Source: Candidatus Marinacidobacterales bacterium (GTDB lineage Bacteria > Acidobacteriota > Vicinamibacteria > Marinacidobacterales > DATDRI01). From it: DNA of 64,000 nucleotides. The position numbers were made by a program, and so were the translations under genes. The notes below the pieces were generated by a model. The model was not told the origin of the DNA and searched no databases. It saw only the letters and a list, made by a program, of their open reading frames with translations. Each line of letters starts with the position of its first letter. The stretch's first letter is position 1. The stretch lies in contig CBDCNP010000002.1 of assembly GCA_965219415.1 (NCBI GenBank), positions 1,536,001 through 1,600,000 on the forward strand, given 5' to 3'. Below are positions 9,198 to 20,239 of this stretch, one piece after another.

Positions 9198-10497
9198 GCG
9201 AACTTCGACTGAAACGCGTCAGTAGGACGTAAAAAAAGACTCCGGCCAGGAACGAATCCAACGCCGAGATGCGTGTCATCTCGAAGAGCCCGAATCCGGA
9301 CGGCGGCGGATTTGTCGAGAGGCCGAGCAGCGCGGCCGGGGCCCAAGCCGATAGGCGAAGCCTTGTGCCCGGCCGACTGCCGCTCCCAGTGCCTTGGTAT
9401 ACGCCGGGGTTGAAGAAGTAGTCTGCCACATAGATCCCGCCGATCGGAGGAAGCAAAGCACTCAGCACTAGAAAAAAGAACATCAGAGACTCGTAGATCC
9501 CAAGCACTGCCAAGACAATCCCGACGCCGCCCGAAATGAGAGTGAGCTTCCACTTCGGCAATGCCTGGATGATCGCAGACAATGCAAGCCCGGACGAATA
9601 GAGGTTGTTGTCGTTGGTGGTCCACTGCGCCAAGATCAACACCACCATCGCCGACGCACCCCATCCTAGAGACACCATGATCTCGACGATGTTCGACTCG
9701 CCGGTTGCCTTGGCGCACATCGTGGCGACCAGTACCGTCCCACCCAGTCCGAGCATGAATCCCGAGAAGACCGCGATGACGGCATCCCTCATGTTTCTCG
9801 CATACCTCATGATACCGGGTGCGCCGACCGCGGCCGCCATGAACGATCCGGCCACCATCGAGATGCCAACCCCGAGGCCGATGGGAGCACCTAAGGGTGG
9901 AGCCGCCAAAACCGTACCGACTCCGTGCTCGCGCAGGACGACGACGAGGGACGCCAGAATCAATCCGCCCATGAGCGGCAAGGTGATTGTGCTCAGCTTC
10001 TCGATGGCGCGGTATCCAAAAATGGCGGTCGACATCATGAGCAATCCACCACCTAGAACAAAGAGCCTAATTACATCGGGGCTCACATCCAATTGGAAGA
10101 CCAACTTCACCAATCTCGCCAGCGTGTCTCCGAAGAGTCCAGTCTGGACACCGAACCAGCCCCAGGCGCTCAGGGCGTAGATGCCCACCACGAGAATTGC
10201 TCCATGCCGGCCGAACGTCGTCCTGCAAATCATGGCCGCCGACAAATGCGTTTCGATCGCCACCTTGGAGGTAAGACAAGCGATGACCGCAGAAAGAAGA
10301 TTCCCCAGGAAGATCGCGACCACCGCCTGACGAAGCGTCAAACCTATGGCCAAGGAGCCACCGAGCAACATCGAGGCTAGGGAGACCGCGCACGCGGTGA
10401 AGACCACCGCAAGAAAAAGAGCACCCCTTCGCTTTTCCGGGGGAACGGGCGCCCTCGCGTAATCCTGAAAAATCGTCGGGTCAGAGCTCTCGGTCAT
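9166..10497 (-). CDS. NCS1-family cytosine/purine/hydantoin permease
   Basis: Polytopic membrane protein with DYARAPVP, GWFGVQ and QWTTNDNNLYS (CodB-like); overlaps the hydantoinase stop codon. Confidence 0.88.
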   Translation of the reverse strand: MTESSDPTIFQDYARAPVPPEKRRGALFLAVVFTACAVSLASMLLGGSLAIGLTLRQAVVAIFLGNLLSAVIACLTSKVAIETHLSAAMICRTTFGRHGAILVVGIYALSAWGWFGVQTGLFGDTLARLVKLVFQLDVSPDVIRLFVLGGGLLMMSTAIFGYRAIEKLSTITLPLMGGLILASLVVVLREHGVGTVLAAPPLGAPIGLGVGISMVAGSFMAAAVGAPGIMRYARNMRDAVIAVFSGFMLGLGGTVLVATMCAKATGESNIVEIMVSLGWGASAMVVLILAQWTTNDNNLYSSGLALSAIIQALPKWKLTLISGGVGIVLAVLGIYESLMFFFLVLSALLPPIGGIYVADYFFNPGVYQGTGSGSRPGTRLRLSAWAPAALLGLSTNPPPSGFGLFEMTRISALDSFLAGVFFYVLLTRFSRSSPSAPPERSSP

Positions 10498-11918
10498 CGT
10501 GCCGTGCCGACCTCGGATGACGCGCCATTTACGCGCTCCCCGAAAGCCGCCCGACGGACGAACCGACCACGGGTCGGCTCCCCCACCAGCTCGCCGTCCT
10601 CCACCACGACCTCCCCCCGTACGAGCACGGTCTGGGCACCGCCTGGTACTTGTGCACCTTCGTAGAGGTTGTAGTCCGAGCGAGAATGGTGGGTGCTCGC
10701 GGAAATTTTTCGCTCCCGATTAGGATCAAAGACCACGATATCCGCATCGCTACCCACCGCAATGGTTCCCTTGCGCGGGTACATCCCGAAGAGCTTCGCA
10801 GGGGTCGTCGATGTAAGCTCCACCAGCCGGTTCATCGATATGCGGCCCGCCGACACGCCGCCCGCGTACAGCATGTCGATCCGGTTCTCGATTCCCGGCC
10901 CGCCGTTGGGGATCTTGGAGAAGCCGTCCTTGCCGCGCGCCTTCTGGTCTTCCCAGCGGTAGGCGCAGTGATCCGAAGCGACGACTGACACGACCCTATT
11001 GATGATGGCATTCCACAGAACCTCTTGCTCCTCCTTGGGGCGCGGGGGTGGTGTGTAGACGTATTTGGCGCCTTCGAAGCCGGGCCGTTCGAGATACGAC
11101 TCGTCGACGAAGAGGTAGTGAGGACAGGTCTCACCCCAGACCCGCCAGCCCCGGGCCTGGGCGCGTGCAAGAGGGTCGATGGCCTCCTTGCAAGACATAT
11201 GGACGACGTAAAGCGGGGCCTCGGCCATGTGCGCGAGTCGGATCGCACGATTGGTCGCCTCGCCCTCGGCGATCGTTGGGCGCGTCGCGGCGTGCCACTT
11301 GGGTTCCGTCTTGCCCTCCGCGAGCGCCTGCTTCACCAGCTCGTCGATCACGTCTCCGTTCTCTGCGTGAACCATAACCAACGCGCCGGAATCCTTGGCC
11401 ACCAGCATGGTCTTGAAGAGCATATCGTCATCGATCATCACGCTGCCCTTGTACGCCATGAACAGCTTGTAGCTCGTGATCCCTTGCTCCGGCATCCGAG
11501 CCAGCGCGTCGAGCGATCCACTCCCCTTGAGATCGGTGACGATGAGGTGGAACCCCACGTCGATGACCGGCGGATGGCGGTCGAGCTTTCCTTGCCAAGC
11601 CTCGACCGCTTCCGCAAAGGTTTGTCCTGGAAACTGACAACAGAAGTCGACCACGGTCGTCGTGCCCCCGAAGGCGGCAGCGATGGTCGCCGTCGTGAAG
11701 TCGTCGCAGCTCACCAGTCCCCCGTAGTCCAAATCGATATGGGTGTGCGGATCGACGCCGCCCGGTATTACATACTTGCCAGAGGCATCTATGTTTCGGT
11801 CTGCGTCGACGTCGAGCGATTTCCCCAGTAGTGAGACCACCTCGCCTTCGATGAAGACGTCGCCCAAGTAGTCATCGGCCGCGGTGATGATGCGTCCCCC
11901 TCGGATCAGAACGGACAC
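10494..11918 (-). CDS. hydA: Dihydropyrimidinase / D-hydantoinase
   Basis: PGGVDPHTH, AAAFGGTTT, SYKLFMAYK (carbamylated Lys), VHAENG, GETCPHYL, SDHC, KIPNGGPG. Confidence 0.93.
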   Translation of the reverse strand: MSVLIRGGRIITAADDYLGDVFIEGEVVSLLGKSLDVDADRNIDASGKYVIPGGVDPHTHIDLDYGGLVSCDDFTTATIAAAFGGTTTVVDFCCQFPGQTFAEAVEAWQGKLDRHPPVIDVGFHLIVTDLKGSGSLDALARMPEQGITSYKLFMAYKGSVMIDDDMLFKTMLVAKDSGALVMVHAENGDVIDELVKQALAEGKTEPKWHAATRPTIAEGEATNRAIRLAHMAEAPLYVVHMSCKEAIDPLARAQARGWRVWGETCPHYLFVDESYLERPGFEGAKYVYTPPPRPKEEQEVLWNAIINRVVSVVASDHCAYRWEDQKARGKDGFSKIPNGGPGIENRIDMLYAGGVSAGRISMNRLVELTSTTPAKLFGMYPRKGTIAVGSDADIVVFDPNRERKISASTHHSRSDYNLYEGAQVPGGAQTVLVRGEVVVEDGELVGEPTRGRFVRRAAFGERVNGASSEVGTAR

Positions 11919-11923
11919 CGAGG

Positions 11924-12729
11924 CTATTCTTCTTCCTGTGGGGGCGGAAGGGGCGGCGGCGGAATGGCGCCGGTTCGCTCGGTGATGAGCCGATAATGCT
12001 CGATGCGTCGATGATCGGCGAAGTTGAAAATCGTTTCTTTGTAGAAACGCGTTTGATCGAGGTCACAACGTGCGGTGACGAGCTCGTCCTCCAGCGTGGA
12101 AGCCATGGCAACGATTTCACCGGAGGGAGCTTGGAGTGTTGTACCCCAGGAGGATCATCTCCGCGCCCTCGAGTCCCAAGACTCGGTACGTCTCCGGCCA
12201 ACGCCGATCGTTGCAGATGCACAACCCCACCACCCCACCGAAGGCCCGCCAGGTACGAAATCCCAGGTTGCCAACTTCGAAATATAGCTTCTCCAGGTTC
12301 TGGTGCGGTTGTTCGGGATGAGGCTCCGCGTATCCCGGCAGGTGGATCTTGCGGTACTTTCCGACGATTCGCCCCTTTTTGTCGACCAGCACCGCGCTGT
12401 TGTAATGGTGCGTTGCACCCCCCTCTTCGGCGAGCTCCGCGTAACCGAGACAGAAACCGATCCCGAGCCGCGCCGCTTCATCGAAGAGCTTTCGCGTCTC
12501 CGGCCCGGGTATCTCTCGTTCGAAGTAAGAATCGAGCTCCTTCTGGTCTTCCATGTACCAGTGCGGAAAGAAAGAGGTCAGGGCAAGCTCGGTGAAGACC
12601 ACGAGATCACAGTCACGGGAATGGGCATCCCTCATGAGTGTGAGGAGCCGCTCGACCGTTTGGCTGCGGGTTTCCGAACGACGGATCGGTCCCATCTGGG
12701 CCGCTCCACACCGTCACATATCTGGGCAT
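11924..12729 (-). pseudogene. N-carbamoyl-D-amino-acid amidohydrolase (D-carbamoylase, nitrilase fold), with a frameshift near 12710 and an internal deletion near 12130
   Basis: AAQMGPI, FTELALTSFFP, YRKIHLPG, ICNDRRWPE, GYNTP. The sequence then jumps directly to APSGEIVAMASTLEDE; the segment normally between these motifs (roughly 50 aa) is absent. Confidence 0.85.
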
Positions 12730-12752
12730 TGTCGGAGACTCCTTCGCCCCCC

Positions 12753-13459
12753 TTAGGTTCTCCAGCTAGGGAGCGCATAGGCTCGAAGGCTATGCGTTAC
12801 TCCCATCGTGTGATGAGCGAGCAGCATGCCTACCGCGGCCTGTATCGGATCGATGACCGGAACGTCATGCCCGTGCTCATGAAGCTCGCGCTTGACCGCT
12901 TCCGTCACCGGGCTCATCCCCGTACAACCCATGATCAATGTGTGGGCATCGTCTTCCTTCAAAGCCCGCTCGGCGAGTTTCACCGTTTCCCGTACCAGCT
13001 TCTCGCGATCCGAGTACTCGGACAACGGGATCTCTAGACAAGGCACCGAAGCCAGCCGATCGCGGACGCCGTAGGAGATCGCTTGATCCACCACTTTCGG
13101 AATCCCGCTGCGCGCGGGGAGGATGACCGAGAAGGACTGTCCCAAGCCGCCGGCTAGCAACATCGCCGACTCCGCGAGACCTGCGACGGGGACTCGCACC
13201 AGCTCGCGAGCCGCTCGCAATCCCGGATCCATGAAACAACCGATGACGATGCCGTCCACCTCGTCCGCGGCGGCCTTCTTCACCCGTTCCAATAATGGAG
13301 GAACAGAGATCGCTTCATCGTAGAGACATTCGATGGCGGTCGGCCCTTCCTCGAGCCAGTCTTGCTCCACCGTGACGAAGTCTGGAAAGGGGGGCAAGGT
13401 ACCGTGGCTCGGACCGGAGGAGAGCGAACGACCGTGTTCACGACTCGGACTTTCATCAT
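12753..13459 (-). CDS. Asp/Glu/hydantoin racemase family protein (apparent frameshift near 13395)
   Basis: VIGCFMDPGLRAARE and IMGCTGM two-cysteine racemase motifs; probable start ATG at 13459 with GGGGAGG RBS. Confidence 0.85.
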
Positions 13460-13485
13460 TGACCTCCCCCTAGAAATAAAATCAA

Positions 13486-14989
13486 CTACAGATACTCCAC
13501 CGATGGGACGCGGGTCAGTGATTCCTTTCCCGCCTTCTCGAGGATGGACTTCGCGGCGCGGGTCGACTCCTCCAAGACCCGATCACTATCGACGGTCTTG
13601 ACGGTCCCGGCATCGACAACGACCTTCCCATCCACGATCACGGTGTCCACATCTTGCCCGGAACCCGCGTAGACGAGATTCGAGATCGGATTGTGATTGG
13701 GTGCGAGGTGCGGTTTGTCGGTAGAAACGAGGATGATGTCCGCCTTCTTCCCCGCTTCTAGAGATCCAATTTCGTTCTCGAGACCGAGCGCCCGAGCCCC
13801 ATCTCGCGTGGACATCTCCAACACCTTGTAAGCAGTAAGTACCTCGGCGTCCATACTGGTGAGCTTGTGCATAAGCGCACAATGTTTCATGGCCGCGAAC
13901 ATGTCCTGGTTGTTGTTGCTTGCCGCCCCATCGACACCAATCCCCACGGTGACTCCCCGTGAAAGATAGCCGGGCACGGGGGCGACTCCATCGGCAAGGT
14001 ACTGGTTACTCACCGGGTTGTGAGCGATCTTGACGTCCCGATCTCGAATGATGTCCATTTCTCTTCTGGGGGAGCCAAATAGCATGAGCAAGCAAGACAT
14101 CGGGCTCGAGCACCCCGAGAACATCCAGGTATTCGATAACTCCCTTCCCGGTTTTCTTCACCATCTCCTGGCGCTCGAAGGCGGTCTCAGCCGCGTGGTA
14201 GTGCAAACCGGTCTGAAACGCGTCGGCGAGCTCTCTCAGCTCTCGTTGCATCCTGTCCGACGCAAGCATGGGTACCGCCACTTCCGGACATATCACGATC
14301 CGGCCATCGGCCTTTCCGTTCCAGGTTTCGAAGACGCGCCGAACTTCCCGAACCGCGGTCTCGACGTCTTCGACGAAGATGTCGGTGAAATCACCGAGCT
14401 CGGTACAGGCTCGTCCCAAGACGGCGCGGATCCCCGAGTCTTGGACCGCCTGTGCGAGCGAATCGATTCCCTGCGGATCGCGGTGGATGAAGTGGCTGTC
14501 GGACAGACAGGTTACTCCGCCGCGCAAGAGCTCCAGCTGACAGAGCAGGCCTCCCCAATAGAGGTTCTCCCGATCGAGATGACGAGATAGGGGGAAGATC
14601 ATCTCGCTGACCCAGTCGTAGAGCGATCGCTCATCACCCAAGCCGCGATAGAGAACTTGAAACATGTGAGTATGCGCCGTGACCAACCCGGGCATCGTCA
14701 CGAAAGAGTCACTGCGTAGGATCTTTCGCGGGTTGTACTTCTTGGAAAGATCGTCTTCCTGACCGACTTCGACGATCCGGGATCCATCGACCGCGACCGC
14801 ACCGCGGCGATACACCTGGCGGGCGGAATTCATGGTCAGGACCATCCCACCACGAATGAGGAGGTCAATGGAACGTCCTCCCTGTGATAATGGCGGGCGG
14901 GAGGTACCCGCGGCTACCGTGGCACCGCCCGCAACCTTCATGAACTCGCGGCGCGGCAACACCCAGGGCTTCGGACGCGACTGCGGCAT
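13486..14989 (-). CDS. Amidohydrolase, MTA/SAH-deaminase (AtzA/TrzA-like) family, with Tat-like signal; frameshift near 14065
   Basis: RREFMK; MPGLVTAHTH; HYHAAET; LAHAIW; HNPVSN; GVDGAASNN; GSLEAGKKAD. ORFs 14006-14989 and 13486-14124 are consecutive parts of one gene. Confidence 0.85.
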
Positions 14990-15011
14990 CGGGGCCGACC
15001 TCCGGCGGGGT

Positions 15012-16733
15012 CTACTTCAAGCCGAGCGACTCGGCATCGGGGGCTTCGTATACCAGCTTGCCTTCGACGAAAGTCGCCAGAGCTCGTATATCCCTTATCT
15101 TTTCCTCTGGGACGGTCAGAATGTCCTCGGAGAGAATCACGAAATCGGCTAGCTTACCTGGCTCGATCGAACCTTTGATGTCTTCTTCAAAAGTCAGATA
15201 CGCATTATTGATGGACATCACACGGAGAGCTTCCTCGCGGCTGATGCGTTGCTCGGGACCGATCACGTCCCATAACCGCGTTTCCCGCGTAACCCAAAAG
15301 TAGATCATCCAAAAAGGATTGGCCGGCACCAGAGACCAGTCACTTCCTCCTCCCACACGGATACCGGCATCCAGCCAGTTCCGAAGGCGCATCGTCTGAG
15401 CGGCGCGCTCCAGCCCCCAGTGTCGGATCATCGTATTGGACGACATGTACGGATGGAACTGGGTGGAGATAGATAGCCCGAGCTCCTTGATCTTCTCGAA
15501 CTGATCGGGGCGCGTGTAGTGGCAGTGCTCCAGGATCCATCGCAGAGGCCCAATGTCTTTGGCCTGGTTGGCCTTCTCATAGGCGGCCAGCACGACGTCG
15601 AGTCCCCGGTCGCCGACGACGTGAACACTTCCCCGCCAGTTTAGGCGAGCCATCCCCACCATAACCTCCTCGAATTTTCTCGTCTCGATTCGCTGGAGGC
15701 CATAGTAGTCGGCCGGCGCGGGAGCTCCCGCCAACTCGTGATAGGGCTCGCTCATCAACGCCGCCTCGAACCCGCCGTCGATCCCGAACTCGCCGATGCC
15801 GTCGAGACGCAGCCAGGGATCTCCGAAGCCGGTTCCTACTCCCCACTCCTCCAACTGCTGGATCAATTCTTCGGCACTGCGCCGGTTGTCGAGGCTGAGG
15901 TTCATACTCACGCGCAGCGTTAGTCCCTCGCGAGCGCGTAGCTCGTTATAGGCGCGCATTTTCTCCGGGGTTAACCCCGGCTCGCGGATTCCGGTGACGC
16001 CGACCGCGTTTTGCTTGCGTTGAGCGACCCTCAGCGCCTCCATCCGGTCCTCATGGGTAGGCTTCGGAATGAGATGGCGCGCTAACGCCATGGCGTTGTC
16101 CACAAGCAGCCCCGTCGGGACACCGCCCGGATCCTTGTGAACCAAACCGCCGCTCGGGGACGGCGTGGCTCGGTTGATCCCGGCTAGCTCGAGGGCAGCC
16201 GAGTTCAGGTAGTAAGTGTGCCCTCCCTGAACGAGAACCGGGTGATCGGGAGCTGCTCCATCCAACGAAAAGCGGTCCGGCGGAGTCTTCTCCGCAAGCT
16301 GATCCATCAACCAGCCGGACGTGGTGTAGATCATCTCGCCCGGGGGTGTGTCCTCAGCCTTGGCGTGTATCGCGTCAAGCATTTCCTCCAACGACTCGAC
16401 CAAGGCTACTTCGACGCCCAAATACTGGTCGACGGCTTTGTCCTGTAGGTGGTTATGGTTGTCGATGAGCCCCGGGATGACCGTCCTTCCACCCAGATCG
16501 ACGACTCTCGTGGAAGGACCACGGGTGTCGAGTAGCTCCGAGTTGGAGCCCACCCGGTGAAACTCGTTTGCTCGGATCGAAACCGCCTCGACGATCCGGA
16601 AGTCCCCATCCACTGTCACGACCTTGCCGTTGTGAAGGATCCAGTCCGGAGATTCGGGATTAGGCTGCCCGCAGGCACCGAGGAAAAACAACAAGGGGAG
16701 AAAGTATCTGCTCACGGACACGGAGATTAACAC
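15012..16733 (-). CDS. Amidohydrolase_3 (YtcJ / N-substituted formamide deformylase-like), predicted lipoprotein
   Basis: PGLIDNHNH, VHVVGD, LEHC, GSDW, GSIEPGKLADFVIL; lipobox LGAC. Confidence 0.88.
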   Translation of the reverse strand: MLISVSVSRYFLPLLFFLGACGQPNPESPDWILHNGKVVTVDGDFRIVEAVSIRANEFHRVGSNSELLDTRGPSTRVVDLGGRTVIPGLIDNHNHLQDKAVDQYLGVEVALVESLEEMLDAIHAKAEDTPPGEMIYTTSGWLMDQLAEKTPPDRFSLDGAAPDHPVLVQGGHTYYLNSAALELAGINRATPSPSGGLVHKDPGGVPTGLLVDNAMALARHLIPKPTHEDRMEALRVAQRKQNAVGVTGIREPGLTPEKMRAYNELRAREGLTLRVSMNLSLDNRRSAEELIQQLEEWGVGTGFGDPWLRLDGIGEFGIDGGFEAALMSEPYHELAGAPAPADYYGLQRIETRKFEEVMVGMARLNWRGSVHVVGDRGLDVVLAAYEKANQAKDIGPLRWILEHCHYTRPDQFEKIKELGLSISTQFHPYMSSNTMIRHWGLERAAQTMRLRNWLDAGIRVGGGSDWSLVPANPFWMIYFWVTRETRLWDVIGPEQRISREEALRVMSINNAYLTFEEDIKGSIEPGKLADFVILSEDILTVPEEKIRDIRALATFVEGKLVYEAPDAESLGLK

Positions 16734-16871
16734 GTGAAAAGCCCACGTGGAAAGGTCCTCTCTAACCTATCGAATTAGTCGGATACGCCACACTCCAGCG
16801 CACCCTTTCGGACTAAGATTGTGGCTGGGCGGTCGGATTCGCCGTCCTCATGGCTCGAGGTCCGAAATAGA

Positions 16872-18851
16872 ATGTCCCAAACCACCCGGCCTGCCGATCC
16901 GAACGATCAAGATGGGCGCTGGACCCGACGGGTCGCCGAATACCAAAAACGCCCATCGCCTCCGTTCGAGGAGCAATGGGCCGCCTTCCAGGAGATATTC
17001 CGCAACCGGAAGCCCGAGGACGGTCCGCCGGTTGCTTGGCGCCCAGACCCCGCCCGGCTCCAGGCCTCCAACCTCGGACAAGTGATGGCCGAGCTCGGGT
17101 ACCGCGACTACCGGGAGCTGCACTCCTGGTCGGTGGCGAACCGCGCGGACTTCTGGAAGAGGGTGATCGAAGGGCTTTCGATCGTCTTCGCACGTCGACC
17201 CGATGCTACTCTCGACTCATCGGCCGGCCCCCACTCTCCTCGATGGCTACCGGGCGCTCGCTTCAACATCGTTGATAGCTGCTTCGGGGCTCCCCCCGAA
17301 AGTGCCGCGATCGTTTCGGCACGGGAAGGCGCCAAGGAGTTAGCGCGAACTTCGTACCGGGACCTCGAGGAGCTCGTCGGTCGAATGGCGAGATTCGTTC
17401 AGGATCGCACCGCACCGAAAGCCGCGATCGGCCTTTACATGCCGATGACCCTCGAGTGCGTTGTCGCTTACCTCGGGATCGTGCGGGCGGGCAGACGGGT
17501 GGTGTCGATCGCGGATAGCTTTTCACCCGAAGAGTTAAGGAAACAAATGGAGATCGCGGAAGCGAGCCTCGTCGTAACGTCCGCCGGATATCAATGGTCG
17601 GGCAAGGTCATTCGACCCTACGACAAGGTCCGCAAGGCAGAGATACCTCGCGCCGTCGTGATAACCGGTGTAGCGAAGTCGACGTCTCTCCGCGATCAAG
17701 ATATACCCTGGGAAGCGGTTCTAGCGACAACGAACGAGTTCACAAGCTCGCCAGCCGACCCGTACGATGTCATCAACGTCCTCTTTTCTTCGGGAACGAC
17801 CGGGGTTCCCAAGGCGATCCCTTGGACCCATCTCACGCCGATCAAATGCGCGATGGACGGTCACTTTCATCAAGACATCGGTTCGGAAGACACCGTGGCT
17901 TGGCCGACGAATATTGGCTGGATGATGGGCCCATGGTTGATCTACGCAACCCTCATGAACAAGGCAACCATGGCCCTTTACGAGGGCGCCCCCACGGGAA
18001 ACGACTTCGCCCGCTTCATCGACGAAGCTAGGGTTTCGATCCTCGGCGTCGTACCCTCGCTGGTCCGCGCCTGGCGACGCTCGTCCGCTCTAGAAGATGC
18101 CAACTGGAACGGCATCCGCGTCTTCAGCTCGACCGGAGAGCCATCGAACCAAGAGGACTACCTTTGGCTGGTGAGTCGTACTGGCTATCGAGCTCCCGTT
18201 ATCGAGTACCTCGGCGGCACCGAGATCGGCGGGGGTCACGTTACCGGTACCGTAGTCCAACCTGCCTCTCCTTCTACCTTCACCACTCCGACTCTAGGGA
18301 CGGACTTCGTCATCCTCGACGAACAGGCCGTGCCGGTGCCGGAAGGCGGTGAAGGGGAGCTCTTTCTGATCCCCCCCGCCATCGGACTCTCTCAAACGCT
18401 ACTCAACAAGAACCACCACGACGTCTACTACGCGGGTTCTCCGAGTGGGCCAAACGGTGAAGTGCTTCGCCGTCACGGCGATCGCATCGCTCGACTGCAG
18501 AAGGGTTTTTTCAAGGCGGCGGGTCGCGCCGATGACGCTATGAACCTGGGCGGGATCAAGGTCAGCTCGGCGGAGTTGGAGCAAGTGCTCGATCTTCATC
18601 CCACCGTTTACGAGAGTGCCGCGATCGCTATCCAACCGGAAGGCCAAGGCGCGGATAAGCTGGTCGTATACGCCGTGCTTCGTGAACGAGTGGATCAGGT
18701 CGAGCTAAAGCGGGAGCTCGGGTCTCTCATCGCGTCCAAGTTGAACCCCCTGTTCAAACTGCACGATCTCATGGTCATCGACGCCCTCCCGCGAACCCCG
18801 TCCAACAAGATCATCCGACGCGAGCTTCGCACCCGGTACCGGAAAGGGTAA
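16872..18851 (+). CDS. AMP-binding acyl-CoA synthetase (acetate/acetoacetate-CoA ligase-like)
   Basis: LFSSGTTGVPKAI, GWMMGPW, STGE, GGTEIGG, GRADDAMNLGG, LPRTPSNKI. Confidence 0.9.
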   Translation: MSQTTRPADPNDQDGRWTRRVAEYQKRPSPPFEEQWAAFQEIFRNRKPEDGPPVAWRPDPARLQASNLGQVMAELGYRDYRELHSWSVANRADFWKRVIEGLSIVFARRPDATLDSSAGPHSPRWLPGARFNIVDSCFGAPPESAAIVSAREGAKELARTSYRDLEELVGRMARFVQDRTAPKAAIGLYMPMTLECVVAYLGIVRAGRRVVSIADSFSPEELRKQMEIAEASLVVTSAGYQWSGKVIRPYDKVRKAEIPRAVVITGVAKSTSLRDQDIPWEAVLATTNEFTSSPADPYDVINVLFSSGTTGVPKAIPWTHLTPIKCAMDGHFHQDIGSEDTVAWPTNIGWMMGPWLIYATLMNKATMALYEGAPTGNDFARFIDEARVSILGVVPSLVRAWRRSSALEDANWNGIRVFSSTGEPSNQEDYLWLVSRTGYRAPVIEYLGGTEIGGGHVTGTVVQPASPSTFTTPTLGTDFVILDEQAVPVPEGGEGELFLIPPAIGLSQTLLNKNHHDVYYAGSPSGPNGEVLRRHGDRIARLQKGFFKAAGRADDAMNLGGIKVSSAELEQVLDLHPTVYESAAIAIQPEGQGADKLVVYAVLRERVDQVELKRELGSLIASKLNPLFKLHDLMVIDALPRTPSNKIIRRELRTRYRKG

Positions 18852-18858
18852 CCCACTC

Positions 18859-20208
18859 ATGGCTATTGCATTGGAACGGCACCTCCTCGGTGTGTCCTCG
18901 CCTGCCAACCTGGGCATCAACGATCAAATCCGAGCCTTTCGTGAAGCCTGTCGGCGGGGCGGATGCAACCGACCGTACCATCATTTTGCTTTCGGTCAAT
19001 CACCCTTTCCACCTTCACCGAAAGTCGTCGAAGCACTCGCAAAGAGCGCCGGTCATCACGACTACCTTCCGACGGCGGGGCTCCCCGAGCTGAGAAAGGC
19101 CATCGCCGACTATTACCGGGCTCATTTCGATCTGGATGTTCTACCAAGCCAGGTGGTGGTGAGCCCGGGTAGCAAGCAAATGATCTCGATGATCCTTTCG
19201 GTCTTGGAGGGCACCGTCCTCATCCCGGTCCCCTCCTGGGTGAGTTACCTGCCTCAGGCGGAGATCCTGCAAAAAGAAGTGCGGACCCTGAGCACGCGAA
19301 GGCAAGGCGGTTTCAAAGTGACGCCGGAGCTACTCGAGGAAGGCGTCGACGGCTTGGACGGCGATCAGAAGATACTCATCTTCAACCAACCGCACAATCC
19401 AACGGGAGTTCTGTATCAAGAGGACGAGCTAGAATCGTTGGCGGACGTTTGCCGCCGCCAACGCATCGTCGTCATAGCGGACGAGATCTACGCCCGAACC
19501 AGCTTCGAGCCCGACGCCTTCACGAGCATGGCGCGCATCCTCCCCGAAGCGACCATCGTGACCGGTGGGCTTTCCAAGAACCGCTCCTGCGGCGGGTATC
19601 GCCTGGGAGTGGGCATTTTCCCTTGGGAGCCCCGGGAGCTCGTGAAGAACATCCTCAAGGTCGCGGGGTCGACCTACTCCTGTGTGGCCGCTCCGATACA
19701 ACAAGCCGCCTTGGTCGCGTACTCGATGGAGAACGACGTGGACGACTATGTCCGAGATGCGAGAGCGGTGAACGCACTCATTGGCAGGAAGACAGCATGT
19801 CTTTTCTCGGAGATCCAGGGCGTCGAGACCACCGAACCCGAGGGGGGGTTCTATCTCTACGTCGATTTCAATGCCCTGCGCGAGCGCCTCAAGCGGGTCG
19901 GCATCGAGACCGTGGGCCAGCTCGCCAAGGACCTACTGCAGCTAGAGCATGTCACGCTCCTCCCAGGAGATGCGCTTCTGTTGCCGGAGGATGATCTTTC
20001 TTTCCGATGTAGCTACGTCGACTATGATGGCCAGCAGGTGCTTCGTAGCTGGCGGGAGGAGCCTCCTCGCACGCCGGAAGAAGAGGATGCCTTCATGCGT
20101 AGGCACTGTCCCTTGATCGTGGACGGAGTACGGTACGTCGGCCGGTACCTGGAGCAGATCGAAAGAAGGGCGCCGGCCAGAGCACGCGGCGTAAGGCAGA
20201 CTTGGTGA
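18859..20208 (+). CDS. Class I/II PLP-dependent aminotransferase
   Basis: GQSPFP, GLPELR, PGSKQ, PHNPTG, DEIY, GLSKNRSCGGYRLG. Confidence 0.9.
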   Translation: MAIALERHLLGVSSPANLGINDQIRAFREACRRGGCNRPYHHFAFGQSPFPPSPKVVEALAKSAGHHDYLPTAGLPELRKAIADYYRAHFDLDVLPSQVVVSPGSKQMISMILSVLEGTVLIPVPSWVSYLPQAEILQKEVRTLSTRRQGGFKVTPELLEEGVDGLDGDQKILIFNQPHNPTGVLYQEDELESLADVCRRQRIVVIADEIYARTSFEPDAFTSMARILPEATIVTGGLSKNRSCGGYRLGVGIFPWEPRELVKNILKVAGSTYSCVAAPIQQAALVAYSMENDVDDYVRDARAVNALIGRKTACLFSEIQGVETTEPEGGFYLYVDFNALRERLKRVGIETVGQLAKDLLQLEHVTLLPGDALLLPEDDLSFRCSYVDYDGQQVLRSWREEPPRTPEEEDAFMRRHCPLIVDGVRYVGRYLEQIERRAPARARGVRQTW

Positions 20209-20239
20209 ATCGGAAGCTACTAGCTACCGAGAAACCCGC

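Noticed and set aside
12117-12119. UGA ending ORF 12117-12695 as a third selenocysteine
   Set aside because: It arises from the deletion/frameshift after GYNTP; the homologous sequence continues in a different frame and the position is not a Cys site.
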